Assembly (NCBI GenBank): GCA_016748015.1 | Contig: JAAOMT010000221.1 | Location: 22,648 to 63,553, forward strand | Length of the DNA: 40,906 nucleotides | Source: Geosiphon pyriformis uo1 | Taxonomy: Eukaryota > Fungi > Glomeromycota | Direction of reading: 5' to 3' | Shown: one piece after another, positions 24,496 through 36,325 of the stretch | Layout of the letters: each line of letters starts with the position of its first letter | How positions within the stretch are numbered: position 1 is the first letter of the stretch | The notes under the pieces: model-generated | Told to the model about the DNA's origin: nothing | The model's input: the letters and a program-made list of their open reading frames with translations, nothing else | Databases searched by the model: none | Translations under genes and position numbers: made by a program

Positions 24496-25878
24496 ATGAA
24501 CATACAAAAATATCAACAACTTCAATATTATATAACTACTCAACAGTTCAAGGAGAATTTATCTCAAACAAAACAAAAGAGTATCAAACAACAGTCAAAA
24601 TATTTTATCACTCACCAAAATATATTTTATCAGAAAAATAGAAGGGATCCAGATCAACCAACCAGAATAATTACAGAGCCAGAAAAAGAGACAATATTAT
24701 TCAACATGCACTCAAATCCAACAGCAAGACACTTTCACAAAGAAACAACCATAGAAAAAACCAGAAAGAGATACTATTGGCCATCAATGTACTCAGACAT
24801 CAGTCAATATGTTCAAAATTGTGATGCTTGTCAGTGAAGAGGAGGAACAAGACCCAGTGAACCATTAAGACCAATCAAAGTCGAACAACCATTCGACTGG
24901 ATTGAAATTAATTTAGTCAGACCATTAACAATTACCAGCAGAGGAAACAGATATATAGCAGTAGCCATGGACTATCTCACTAAATGGCCAGAGACGAAAG
25001 CAATTCAAAGAGCAGATGCAGAATCTGTTGCTGAATTCATTCATTAAGATTTAATTTGTTAACATAGATGTCCAAAGGAATTATTATCAGACCAAGAAAC
25101 TCATTTTGTGAACAGAACATTAACAGAATTGAGCCAAAGATTCGGAATTAAGAGACTATTATCATCACCATACCATCCACAAACTAACAGATTAGTCGAA
25201 AGATTCAACAGAACATTGTGTAAAGTAATTGCCAAACTCAGCCAAGAAAACCAAAACGAATAGGATTTGTTTATACCATCAGTACTATTTGCTTATCGGA
25301 CAATGAAGCAAGATACTACACAAGCAACACCATTTGAATTAGTATATGGTAGAACAGCAACACTACCAGTGGAAATAGAAGTTAGCACATAACCAACTGA
25401 ACCAATAACAGAAAAAAATTTCAAAAATACATTGTTGAAAAGAACATATGACTTAATGGAAACATTAGAAAACAAATGACAAAGAGCAGCTGATAATATA
25501 CAAAAGGCACAAGAGAAACAAAAAGAAAGACATGATAACCAACTACCAGATAAACCAGTTGAATTCAGAATTGGAAACAAAGTATTACTACATTGTACCA
25601 AAGCAGAAAAACAATGGAGTGGAAAATTTGACCCCAAATGGGATAGATCATTTTACATAGAAGAAATTCTAGGAAATGGAGCTTACAAATTAAGACTGAA
25701 TAACAAAATTTTAACCAAAGCAGCACATGGAGATCGACTGAAACCATACCACAACATTATACTACCATTTACCAGTAATATTCCATAATTAAGAGTACAA
25801 AGAATACTAGTTTAACCAGATAAGATTCCACAAAATCTGGAACCAATCATTATTATCGACAACAACCTGTTAAATTGA
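24496..25878 (+). pseudogene. Gypsy integrase (separate frame, own ATG)
   Basis: HHCC (HSNPTARH...CDAC); degenerate D-D-E (IEINLV, SDQETHF, LVERFN); SH3-like C-terminus (FYIEEILGNGAYKL...HGDRLKPY); no chromodomain. Confidence 0.92.
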
Positions 25879-25932
25879 TTCAGCAAAAGAATATATAAAG
25901 ACACGGTAGATGTGACAGGAAATATCAGAAAA

Positions 25933-26562
25933 ATGAAAATTACAGACAACATTCACTCATTAGCATAACAACTTTTTCAGTTGATTCAATACCAGAAAAT
26001 GGAGATTACAATCAATCAACAAACCATTCAATATCAAGATACTAGAAAGACATTGCAATTCAGAACACAGAAGAAAACTGAAAATATGGTGGACAAAATC
26101 ATAGTGAAAGTAAAATTAGCAATAAGAGAGTTGACAAAAAAGTCACTATATCAAGAGTTGACTAAAGAAACTTGGAATTAGTGGATACAACAATTTCCAA
26201 GAAACTATTATTATTTTTACTTGGGACAACACATAAATATCCAGAATCTATATATGAATAAAACAAAACAATTGTTCGGAAAAAAAATACTACAACAATT
26301 AGAACATTTTGTGAGAAAGAACAATTTATCCACACAGGCCCGAGCCATCTACCGAATACACACAGCATTTCAGGATGAACCAGAAATATTACTCAACAAA
26401 GCAATAGATATGGTTACCAGTAATCAATTGGGAAAGATCACCAATGCTCAATTTGAAAAATTACAGACCCAAATAACACAAGTAATTCTCAAAAACAAAA
26501 TCTAGGAAATACTTCAAGAGGGAGAATTAAACGAGTTGGATTTCAATGGAGCTCAATATTAA
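25933..26562 (+). pseudogene. ORF3, 209-aa protein of unknown function (copy 1)
   Basis: MKITDNIHSLA...ETWN(W)WIQQFPRNY...TQARAIYRIHTAFQDEPEILL...GAQY*. The three internal stops are single C>T or G>A changes. Four copies occur in the window. Confidence 0.8.
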
Positions 26563-26575
26563 AAGGAGAGAATAA
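26561..26575 (+). promoter_or_regulatory. Polypurine tract
   Basis: AAAAGGAGAGAATAA immediately before the 3' LTR. Confidence 0.9.
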
Positions 26576-27479
26576 TGTTACTCATAGAATATAGAAAATA
26601 TAGTATTATTATTAGTCAGTAGATATTAGCCAATTAGAAGTAGACATAGTAAATGTGGGATTTCAGGATTCCTCTCAGGAATTGCAAGATTCCAAGAATT
26701 TCAGGATTCTTTAATGAGAAATTGCAGGATTCCAGAATTCCAGGATTCCTCTCAAAGGAATCGCAGAATTCCAAGAATTCCAAGATTCCTGTCGTAAAGA
26801 ATTGAGAAATTGAGGAATCTCAATTATGTATATATAGCAGGAGGATTAAAAGCTAAAAAGACAGACTTCCCAGTTTAGATTTAATCTAAGCAACCTTCCA
26901 GTTCCCTATCATTAAATAAATAAATATTCCAAATCTCAATTCACTTTCTACTATCAACATGAAGTGTTGATAGTAATTGATACTTAACCACACTAGAACA
27001 ATAGCTCTTGATCATGGCTATTGACAAGATACTAACATACTGAATTGCCTTGGCTTATTTTCTCTAATTTCTTTATTTCATTTTCTTTATTCTATTTTTT
27101 TTATTTTATTTTCTTTCTTTTGGATTTTGTTATGGTATACTAATTGATTAAAAGGTTAAAGCACTGAGTTATTGATGTCAAGAATAGCCTGGTAAAAGAC
27201 CCAGAAATAAGGGTAGGATTTTATATATTATTGGATAAGCTTACCAGAAGGGCACAACTGCCAGACTAAATCTGGCCACCACACTAAGAAAGAAATTGGG
27301 AAAACTTTTGGAAAGAAACCTCTACTGTTGACACTATTGAATCTCTGTCTATTATACAAAAAACTCCATCAAAATCTTCAGATACAACACTGGCAGAACC
27401 TCATCCACAGAAATAGCTTTTGAGCACCAAGTTATGGGTTTGTTATTTAATTCAACAGCAGAAATAATCACCTGTAACA
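26576..27479 (+). repeat. 3' LTR (904 bp)
   Basis: Aligns with the 5' LTR; about 39 nt longer because of an extra U3 repeat unit. Confidence 0.97.
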
Positions 27480-28494
27480 GCACATTGGGAGGTCAGTTCC
27501 GGTTCTGAGTTTCTACCTAGAGATTTGCACTTGGATGTTAATTGGCCTAGCTCTTCCAGGGTTTGGCATCCTGATTTGCATATGGCAACAGGTTTCACCA
27601 GCAGATGCACTATTGACGTTCGTATTTACTTAATGAAGACTTTGTACTGTTGGCTTTCCATGGCTGTTCGAAAGTACGTTTATGATAGATGTTACCCGAG
27701 TGTTCTGTGTTTGTATTGTGATGAGGTGGAGATATCTGATCATGTGTTTTTTTGTGTAATTGATGATTCAGCTCATTGTTGGGTTTTAGAATCTTGTATG
27801 TCTTCTTGGAAGGCAATTTCTGGTCTTTCCATCTCTTTTTCTAATGTATTGCAGCTGTTGTCAATCTGTGCTTTGGATTTCCTGGTGTCTTCAGCTTTTT
27901 ACAAGGGTTTTGTTTTCAAAGGATAGTTTCGAGAAACTGTTTCCATCTTCCATGATCCCAAGGTTACTGGCATCAAGATTACCAATTTTGTATGCTCCTT
28001 TTGTGTTGCTTTTAGGAATAACATTTGGTTAGTCCATGCCAAGCATCACACATACATAGAAAAGAATGACCTGATCCCGGTGGATGGCTCAATTCCTGTC
28101 TCAGTTTTTGGTTTGGTTTCGAGATTCTCGGGTGGTATGGTTAAATTGCTTGGTATTGCTGAAGCTTTTGGCATCTGTTTTGGTTTTCGCAAATCTTGTT
28201 CATTTTTCTCAGATATTGGTGACTTAGTTTCTGTTAATATAGATAAGTAGTGTTGTCTTAACTAACTCGAGTGGCTGGTCACGTGTAGAAAGTGCATGAT
28301 TCGCACTTAGTTTAGATTATTTCTTTGATGTATAGTTCTAAGTTGCATTTGGACTTCACTTATTAAATAAACAAAAAAAAAATTGTTACATATAATATAA
28401 AAAATATAAATAATTTTATTAAGCAAAAAAATATTATTTATTAACTTAAAAAAATCAACAATTTAATTTTTAAGCAGTTGCATAAACATTTAAC

Positions 28495-31400
28495 AATTAT
28501 TAACAAACAGAATCATTAATTATACAAAAAAAAACATGATCAGAAACCTCTACATTATCATAATATAAACATAACACACTGGGATAACACCTGTCATACA
28601 GACACTTCCGAACAGCAACCAGCAGTCAATAGTGCAAAGCCTTTATGAAATATGTGTGAGTGCTAGCTGTAGATTTATTAGTAAAGCCAGCGGCCATATG
28701 TAAGTCTGGATGTCATACCAATGATGAGCTAAATTAATTAATGTCCGAGTGCAGACTATTATCCAAAATTCTAGAACCTGAACCAACTTTCCAGCATGCA
28801 TGATAAATGGACTGAAAAATCTAATAAACAAAACATCTAGAATTACCAGAAATGACACTATTCTCAGCTAAAATACAATGTTCTTTTACACGAGAAAAAA
28901 GACACCAGGAAAAAAAAAAGCTGTGTCAGCAAGTGCATCAGCACATTTGTTATTCATGACTCCAGAATAATCTTTCACTTTATGCCAGCTAACATTCGAA
29001 TTCTTTTTTCTAACAATGTTTACTATGTGCTAATGCTTAACCCAACAGTGATTTCAAAAATCTGAACAAACTAAACCTAATTCTAACTTGTATGCATTCA
29101 AGGCAACCTGACTGTCTGTAAAGATGTTTACAGAGCTAAAAAAAAGATACACTCAAAAGCCAACATAATGGTCTGCAACTCAGCCAAAGTAAAAGACATC
29201 AGACCAGAAACCTTAATTCCCAAACTTAAGCCTATATCCTCAAAAAAAACTGCAGTACTAATTCTTATGTTAACACTCCCCAAGCTCCTCAAAGATCTAT
29301 CCATATAGACAAAAAAACTGTCAACTGTCAAATCCAGCAAATAATCATGAATTAATTTAAACTCATCAGATTCTAAAACATCTAAAGGTTCAAAAATACC
29401 CAATAAAAAAAACAGGCAAAAGAAAAAGCTGTATCCTCAAAAAAATTAACAGAATACCTAAACCAATCAAGAACAGGACCACATAGATCCAACCTTTTTC
29501 AACACTTGAAAGTCTTCCAATTAAAAACAGTTTTATTTCTACCACAAAGCTGCTCCACAAAAGCAATACTATATTACTGAAAAGACAGAAAAAACTTAAA
29601 ATAATTAAACTCAGCAAAAACAGAGAACATGAGAATTCCATTATAAAAACAAAAAGAATTGGTCACATAACCACTCAAAAACAGACTGCATTCATGAAAA
29701 ATATGTACCACTCTCACCAAAAAATTATTAAAAGCACTAACTTTGATATGAGCTGGGAAAACCAAAGAGTGGAGTAAAATTCAAAACAAAACCTGCAAGT
29801 CATAAGATTTGTGCAAAAACAACTGACCTAAAATCCCAATAGAGTTTACAAAACACACAATAAAAGCAACTTTGCTTTTAGTCTAGACTTGCTCAAACAT
29901 CTTTAAACTATACAATAAAGGGTGACAAAGCACATCATAGGGAAAATTGAGAGGCAGATTAAACTTCAGCTTTAAGTTCTTATGAATCAAAGAATCTCAC
30001 TTATTACATATATTAATAGGGACAAAACTGAACTGTATTCTGTAGTTAACAATAGGATGAAGAACTGTTAACACCAAATACAAAAACTGTTTATCAAACA
30101 TGGCTTTTTTAAAATGAGATTGGCAAAAAACCAGACATTAGAATTTGCCTTAGCCAAGCTAGGCTTCAACAGATCTTTAGTCAACAAAAAAATACCCAAG
30201 TAGTAATAAGACTCCCCTTTCTTGGCAATGGAAATAGATAAACCACTGATGAATAAGTTAGAACACATCACTCTGCAATTAATAGGAATAGTTACTATCT
30301 TGTCATTATTAATTAAGATATCATTAATTTGAAAAAATTCACTAGTAACATTGAAAATATGCTGAGTTACAGCTTGGCTGCTACCAATCCAGATTGTGTT
30401 ATCAACAAAAGTGCCAGCAGCAAAAAAGAATGTTAGTTCAGCTTGAAATTCTAAATGATTAGCCCTGACAATGTAATAGAAATTCATCCTATATTCATAT
30501 ATGCTTTTCTGTCTCTTGATATTACACAAAAAAGAATCATAAAAAATGCACCAAAGAAGTGGCAAAAACATTTCTCTCTGGTTTAAACTATCATGTATCT
30601 AATATTTATCTGTTAAACCAAAATCTGTTATACCTTTGTTGATACAGTCATTGTGGATGCCACCTAAATTTATCACACATTTTTATCTTGACTAAGCTTC
30701 TCCTAAGATGCTTCCACCCAACTAAATTATAGGCCTTGTACATGTTTTGCAAGATCAGCCAGAGTTTATAGTTCTTTTCCAATATGTCTTCAATAACTGA
30801 ACCAATAGCAAATATGAGAAATTGCATAGTCATACTCTTTAAAACCGAGAAATTGTCTCTTCAAAAAATATCAAAAGCACTGTACACCAAAGAGATCCTG
30901 TTCAAAAAAATCTTAAAAAAAATCTTACAGGCAGTTTCAATTAAAGCAATAAATCAGGTGTTCATAAAAACTCTTTCCCACTTATATGGCTTGAAAATTA
31001 TTGAGATTCAGGCTTTTTTTCAAGCACTAGGCACTGACTTATGAGATAAACAGAAATTTAAAAGAACCAAAAGCATATCCAAGACTGATTTGTCATAATG
31101 CTTCCAAAGCTTGTTTGAAATCCCAGAAAGACCAGCAGCCTTGCTATTAGGCAAATCAAAAACCATACTGAGCAACTCATTAAAACTAATCAAACTTATT
31201 ATATTTGAAAAAGCATTGTCAAAAACTTATTCCAAAGATTGATATTGATGAGACCAGTTATTAAAAAAATCTTCCACCACTTCACACTTCCTAATCCAGC
31301 CCTCCATAATAATATCTACTTTTGCTTTAACCAGATCAGATTCTAAAATCAGTTCATTCTCAACTATTAAATGGTCTAAAACCACTTTTTAAAAAAACAC

Positions 31401-31660
31401 TCTAGTACACTTCTGATTGTATGACCTTTATTGACTGCAAAATTGTCGATTTGTTTATCAATAACTGATCTAATTCTTGACTTCTCAGTCCGCAAAGACT
31501 TAGCAAGCTTAGAAACATGATATAATTTTTGCACACTGAAAAGAGCCAAACACACATAATCAAAATCTGCACCAAAATTCAATAGAGCCTAAACAGATGA
31601 AGCTTTATCAACATCTAAAGACTTCCAACAGTCTATCAAAGATTCAAAAGCATTACCAAC
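28495..31660 (-). mobile_element. Antisense LINE ORF2 fragment (RT, RNase H, CCHC region), truncated at both ends
   Basis: LQNMYKAYNLVGW, AAGTFVDNTIW, YYYLGI, VYMDRSL...AELQ; homologous to about 7850-11030; no tail or poly(A). Confidence 0.88.
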
Positions 31661-32761
31661 ATTCAAGAATTATTTGACACTTTTGGTGGAAACAAATGGT
31701 TTTCAACATTAGACCTGGACAGTGGTTACTAACAAGTAACCATGAATCCAGCTAACAAAAAAAAATGGCATTCACCATAAGGGAAAGAAATTTTGAATTT
31801 GAAGTAATGTCATTCGGCTTAACCAATGCCCCAGCAACTTTCCAATGGCTAATAGAAATCATTTATACTGGCTTATTGTGGAAATCAGTAGTTGTATACT
31901 TAAATGACACCAATGTATTCTCAAAAACATTTGATGATCATCTTCATCATCTTCAACAAGTGTTTGAAAGACTAAAAAGAGCAGGACTAAAGTTAAATGC
32001 AACAAAGTGTTTTTTCACAAGACAAAACTAAAATTTTTGGGACACATAGTCAGCAAAGATGGCATTAAAACGGATTCAAAGAAAATAGAGATAGTAAAGA
32101 ACTTTTCAGTGCTGACCAATATGACAAAACTGAAATTATTTTTAGAATTTGCCAGCTACTATTGATGTTTTATCAAGAACTTTTCCAAGATAGCACAGCC
32201 ACTCAACCAACTGCAAACCAAAAATACAAAATATGAATAGACAGAAAGTCAACAAGAAGCTTTTGATATTTTGAAAAGAAAGCTTATTCAAGCTCCAGTA
32301 CTGATCTATCCAGATCACAGCAAACCATTTATCATCACCACCAATACATCTAGTCAAGCATTGGGAGTGGTACTATCTCAGAGAGGACCAGATGACAGAA
32401 AACATCCAGTAGCATATGCCAGCAGAGGTTGAACACCAGCTGAAAAGAACTATGGAATACCAGAACTAGAACATTTAGCAATCTATTGGGCAGTCATAAA
32501 ATGGAAAGAATACTTGAGCCAGAAGTTTGAAGTATACACAGATCACAAAGGATTAACATCACTTCAAAAACAAGAATTTGGAGATAGAAGACAGTTAAGA
32601 TAGAAAATAGCACTCGCACTATATAATTATACTATACATTATAAAAAAAGAAAAGACAACAGAAATGTTGATGATTTGTTGCGAATGAGACAAATCTAAG
32701 AACATTTCAACCCAAAAATATAACAAAACCAGAACAATACCAATGAAAAATATAACAAAAG

Positions 32762-34145
32762 ATGAACATACAAAAATATCAACAACTGCAACATTATATA
32801 AACACTCAACAGTTCAAGAAGAATTTATCTCAAACAAAACAAAAAAGTATTAAACAACAATCAAAATATTTTATTGCTCACCAAAATATACTTTATCGGA
32901 AAAATAAAAGAGATCTAGAACAACCAACCAGAATAATTACAGAGCCAGAAAAAGAGACAATATTATTCAATATGCACTCAAATCCAACAGCAGGATACTT
33001 TCACAAAGAAGCAACCATAGAAAAAACCAGAAAAAAATACTATTGGCCATCAATGTATCCAGATATTATCCAATATGTTCAAAATTGTGATGCTTGTTAG
33101 TAAAAAGAAGGTACAAAACCCAGTAAACCATTAAGACCAATTAAAGTAGGACAACCATTTGACTGTATTGGAATTGATTTAGTCAGACCATTAACAATCA
33201 CCAGCGGAGGAAACAGATACATAGCAGTAGTCATAGACTATCTCACTAAATGGCCAGAGGCAAAAGCAATTCAAAGAGTGAATGCAGAATTTGTTGCTGA
33301 ATTTATTTATCAAGATTTAATTTGTCGACACGGATGTCCAAAGGAATTATTATCAAACCAAAGAACTCATTTTGTGAACAGAACATTAACAGAATTGAGC
33401 CAAAGATTCGGAATTAAGAGACCACTATTATTATCATACCATCCACAAACCAACGGATTAGTTGAAAGATTCAACAAAACATTGTGTGAAGCAATAGCTA
33501 AGCTCAGCCAAGAAAACCAGAATGATTGGGATTTGTTGATACCATCAGTACTATTTGCTTATCGGACAATGAAGCAAGATACTACACAAACAACACCATT
33601 TGAATTAGTATATGGTAGAACAGCAACACTACCAGTGGAAATAGAAGTCAGCACATACCCAACCAAACCAATAACAGAAGAAAATTTCAAAAACACATTG
33701 TTGAGAAAAACATATGACTTAATGGAAACATTAGAAAACAAATGATGAAGAGCAGCTAATAGTATACAAAGATCACAAGAGAAACAAAAAAAAAGACATA
33801 ATAACCAACTACCAGATAAACCAGTTGAATTCAAGATTGGAGACAAAGTACTACTATATTGTACCAAAGTGGAAAAACAATGGAGTGGAAAATTTGATCT
33901 CAAATAGGGACAAACCATTTCATATAGAAGAAATTCTAGGAAATGAAGCTTACAAATTAAGATTGAATAACAAAATCTTGACAAAAGCAGCACATGAAGA
34001 TCGACTAAAATTATACTACCATATAGCATCATCATCTACGAGTAATATTCCACAATTAGAAGTACAGAGAATACTAGTCCAACCAGATGAGATTTCACAA
34101 AATCTGGAACCAATCATTATCATTGACAACAATATGTCCAATTGA
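32762..34145 (+). pseudogene. Gypsy integrase, copy 2
   Basis: MNIQKYQQLQ start; HHCC; IGIDLV; HPQTNGLVERFN. Confidence 0.92.
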
Positions 34146-34198
34146 TTAACAAAAAGATATATAAGAACATAGTTGATGCAACAAAAGAGATCAGAAAA

Positions 34199-34827
34199 AT
34201 GGAAATTACGGACAATATCTATTCACTAGCCCAACAAATTTTTCAATTAATTCAACACCAAGAGATGAAAATTACAAATAATTAACAAACCATTCATTAC
34301 AAAAATACGGCAAAGATATCACAAAACAAAGCACAGAAAAGACTTGAAAATGTTGTTGACAAGATCATGACCAAGATAAAATTGGCCATAAAAGAACAAC
34401 AAATAGTCAGATTACACCAAAAACTTACCAGAAAAACTTGGACTTGGTTGATGCAACAATTTCTGAAAAACTATTGTCATTTCCACTTGGGACAACATGT
34501 AAATATCCAGAATTTGTACACCAACAAAACAAAATAGTATTCGACACAGCAATACTGAAACAATTGGAACAATTTGTGGAAAAGAACAATTTAACCACAC
34601 AAGCTCGAGTCATTTACCAGCTATATATGAGATTTCAAGACCAACCAGAAATCTTACTCAACACAGCAATGGATACAGTTACAAGTAATCAATTGGAAAA
34701 AATGACTAACACCCAATTTGAAGAACTACAAACTAAAATAACACAAGTAATACTCGAAAAAAAAGTTCAAGAAATAATTAAAGAAGGGGAATTAAAGGAA
34801 TTAGATTTCGACAGAGCTCAATATTAA
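34199..34827 (+). pseudogene. ORF3 copy 2 (divergent variant, 1-bp deletion)
   Basis: MEITDNIYSLAQQ...DFDRAQY*; 629 nt. Confidence 0.8.
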
Positions 34828-34840
34828 AAAGAGGGAATAA

Positions 34841-35661
34841 TGTTACTTATAGAATATAGAAAATATAATATTATTAGTCAGTAGATATTAGCCAATCAGA
34901 TGTAGACATAGTAAATGTGGAATTCTAAAATTCCTCTTAGAGGAATTGCAGGATTTTCTGACAAGAAATCACAGGATTCCAGAATTCCAGGATTCCTGTC
35001 GCAAGGAATTGAGGAATTAAGGAATTTCAAATATGTATATATAGCAGTAGCGTTAAAAGCAGAAAGGACAGAATTGACACAAAAAATCCTTAGCTTAGTT
35101 ACCACAATCCTCAATAAATAATTATTCATTATATCAAATTCATTCTTTACTATCAACACTTCATGTTGATAGAAACTGATACTTAACCATACTAGAACAA
35201 TAGCTTTTGATTATGGCTATTAACAGGATACTAACTTGCAAATTACTTTGGCTTATTTCTTATTTTTTCTTTTATCTTTTCTTTATTTTCTTGTTGTCTA
35301 CAAACATAATTAAAAGATTTACTCTTGGAGGACTTATGGAGGAATAAACTTGCTTAAACAATATTTACTCTTGAAGAACTTACAGAGAAACTGACATCAG
35401 GAAACAGCACTGGTATACACTTATAAAGAATATTATACCAGGAGAATTATCAACTATCAAGCTGAGCAAGCTGTTGACAAAACTATAGTTTCAGGAAACT
35501 ACTAATAAACTGTTACCAGTGAATCTCTGTCTATTATACAAAGAACTCAATTGGAAAATCTTCAGATAAAATACCTTCAGATTATCATTGTCACCAATTG
35601 CTTTGAGCACCAAGTTACGAGTTTATTATTCACTCGACATCTCAAAGACTTACCTGTAACA
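34841..35661 (+). repeat. LTR variant (821 bp)
   Basis: PPT AAAAAGAGGGAATAA, TGTTAC...GTAACA, conserved LTR blocks. Confidence 0.93.
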
Positions 35662-35682
35662 ACTACAAGAAATATCAGAAAA

Positions 35683-36312
35683 ATGAAAATTACAGACAAC
35701 ATCCACTCACTAGCACAACAACTCTTTCAATTAATTCAACACCAAGAGATAGAAATTATAATTAATCAACAAATCATCTGATATCAAGACACTAGAAAGA
35801 CATCACCACATAGAACACAAAAGAAAACAGAAAATACTGTTGACAAAATCATTGCAAAAGTAAAATTAGCAATAAAAGAGTCGACAAAAGAGTCACTATA
35901 CTAAGAGTTGACTAAAGAAACTTGGAATTGATGGATACAACAATTTCCAAGAAACTATTGTTATTTTTACTTGGGACAACACGTGAATATCCAAAATCTA
36001 TATATGGATAAAACAAAGTGATTATTCGACACAAGAATACTACAACAATTAAAACATTTTGTGGGAAAGAACAACTTATCTACACAGGCCCAAGCCATAT
36101 ACCAAATACACACAGCATTTCAAGATCAACCAGAAATTTTACTCAACAAAGCAATGGATATGGTTACTAGTAATAAATTAGGAAAGATTACCAATGCTCA
36201 ATTTAAAGAATTACAGACTTAAATAACACAAGTAATTCTCAAAAATAAAATTCAGGAAATATTTCAAGAAGAAGAATTAACAGAGTTAGATTTTAATAAA
36301 GCTTAATATTAA
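35683..36312 (+). pseudogene. ORF3 copy 3
   Basis: 630 nt; closest to copy 1. Confidence 0.8.
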
Positions 36313-36325
36313 AAGAAGGTAATAA

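Larger units (their letters stand above)
16336..27479 (+). mobile_element. Complete (decayed) Ty3/Gypsy LTR retrotransposon, non-chromoviral, with dUTPase and extra ORF3
   Basis: Paired LTRs TGTTAC...GTAACA, 4-bp TSD GCAC (16332-16335 / 27480-27483), PBS, PPT, and gag-PR-DUT-RT-RH-IN domain order. Confidence 0.97.
16185..28382 (+). mobile_element. 5'-truncated LINE (16185-16335 + 27484-28382) split by the Gypsy insertion
   Basis: Reading frame is restored across the insertion: ...GNSRHFVQDVFRAVCRA|HWEVSSGSEF. Has the tail and poly(A). Candidate TSD AAAAATTGT at 16176-16184 and 28378-28386. Confidence 0.88.
31661..35661 (+). mobile_element. 3' half of a second copy of the Gypsy family (RT-RH, IN, ORF3, PPT, LTR)
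   Basis: Collinear with 23393-27479 and begins mid-RT at the junction with the antisense LINE. YLND here vs YLDN in copy 1 implies ancestral YLDD. Confidence 0.93.

Noticed and set aside
25933-26562. ORF3 as envelope gene
   Set aside because: Short, with no signal peptide, TM segment or furin/fusion-peptide pattern.
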